This document shows positions 63,209 to 64,000 of a stretch of 64,000 nt of DNA, piece after piece; positions within the stretch are counted from its first letter, which is position 1, and each line of letters begins with the position of its first letter. The DNA comes from Methanocaldococcus sp. 28A (lineage in GTDB: Archaea > AGJL01 > Methanococci > Methanococcales > Methanocaldococcaceae). The notes under the pieces were generated by a model, which saw only the letters and a list, made by a program, of their open reading frames with translations, was not told the origin of the DNA and ran no database searches. Position numbers and translations under genes: made by a program. The stretch is from assembly GCA_049852185.1 (NCBI GenBank), contig CP187540.1; one strand, 5' to 3'.

Positions 63209-63300
63209 AGCATTAAATGCTTTTTTAGATTCTTATTAATCTATTTTAATAAATAAAAAATTAGAAACCATTTTTATTTAATAAAATATAAGGTATTAAC

Positions 63301-64000
63301 TTAGATAACCCTAGTAAAAAACTTTTTAATTTTATCAATAATACTTTTTTCTTTTTTTAGTTTAATTCCTTCTTCAACATAAATAGGAACTCCTGCTATT
63401 ATCGAAGCCAATTTCATATACGCATGAGAAGCTGGAGAGTTCGGTTTATATTCAATAACACTCATCTTTTTTAATGCTCCTGCTCTAACACTTTCATCTT
63501 CTGGAATTTCTACTAAAACTTTACTTTTTATTAGCATTTCTATTTCATCTTTTCTCATTTCCCCAAAATCTCTACCAACTCTATTTAATACGACTCCCAT
63601 TAAAGGCGTTCCAGCCATTTCAGCACTTTCTTTTAATCTAACAGCATCAATAATTGAGAACATCTCTGGAGTAACAACAAGTAAAAGCTTATCAGCAACA
63701 GCAAGATGTGTAGCCATTTCTCTATTTAACCCTGCTGGTGCATCTATAATTACATAATCAAAATCGTCAGCTATCTCATTAATAACATCTGGAAGCAAAT
63801 CAATATCAGATTTTTTATAACCCTCTAAGGATAAACTTGTTGGCAATACATAAACCCCTGTTTTGTGTTTATAAATTGCATCTTTAATCTCAGCTTCTCC
63901 ACTTAAAACCTCATGTAAGGAGGGTTTTTTCTTTTCCATATTAAATAGAATTCCTAAATTAGCCATTGAAATGTCTCCATCAACAGCTAAAACTTTTTTT
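63301..64000 (-). CDS. minD: MinD/ParA family ATPase (5' end outside window)
   Basis: KKVLAVDGDISMANL, IIDAPAG, GVVLNR, IPED. Confidence 0.88.
   Translation of the reverse strand, partial: KKVLAVDGDISMANLGILFNMEKKKPSLHEVLSGEAEIKDAIYKHKTGVYVLPTSLSLEGYKKSDIDLLPDVINEIADDFDYVIIDAPAGLNREMATHLAVADKLLLVVTPEMFSIIDAVRLKESAEMAGTPLMGVVLNRVGRDFGEMRKDEIEMLIKSKVLVEIPEDESVRAGALKKMSVIEYKPNSPASHAYMKLASIIAGVPIYVEEGIKLKKEKSIIDKIKKFFTRVI

Overview
AT-rich archaeal chromosome segment; gene content (fruADGB with selenocysteine, comADE, cfbE, fae-hps, aksD, por operon, DP1, IF2 intein) and GGTGA-type RBSs point to a Methanocaldococcus-like hyperthermophilic methanogen. Most of the window is housekeeping and methanogenesis-cofactor genes. 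The non-routine content lies between genes: three families of short palindromic MITE-like repeats, a decayed mobile-element patch (MCM, wHTH and DNA-methyltransferase fragments, about 20.7-21.9 kb), a synonymously recoded duplicate of the aroK 5' end that resembles an integration scar, transposase relics, a phosphoesterase broken by a 17-bp duplication, an SD-sequestering hairpin before an unlisted zinc-finger gene, a probable ATT start codon, and Sec recoding with a clear SECIS. No rRNA, tRNA or CRISPR array was seen, and no intact novel multi-gene system can be demonstrated from sequence alone. MJ locus numbers are recalled from M. jannaschii and were not checked by search.
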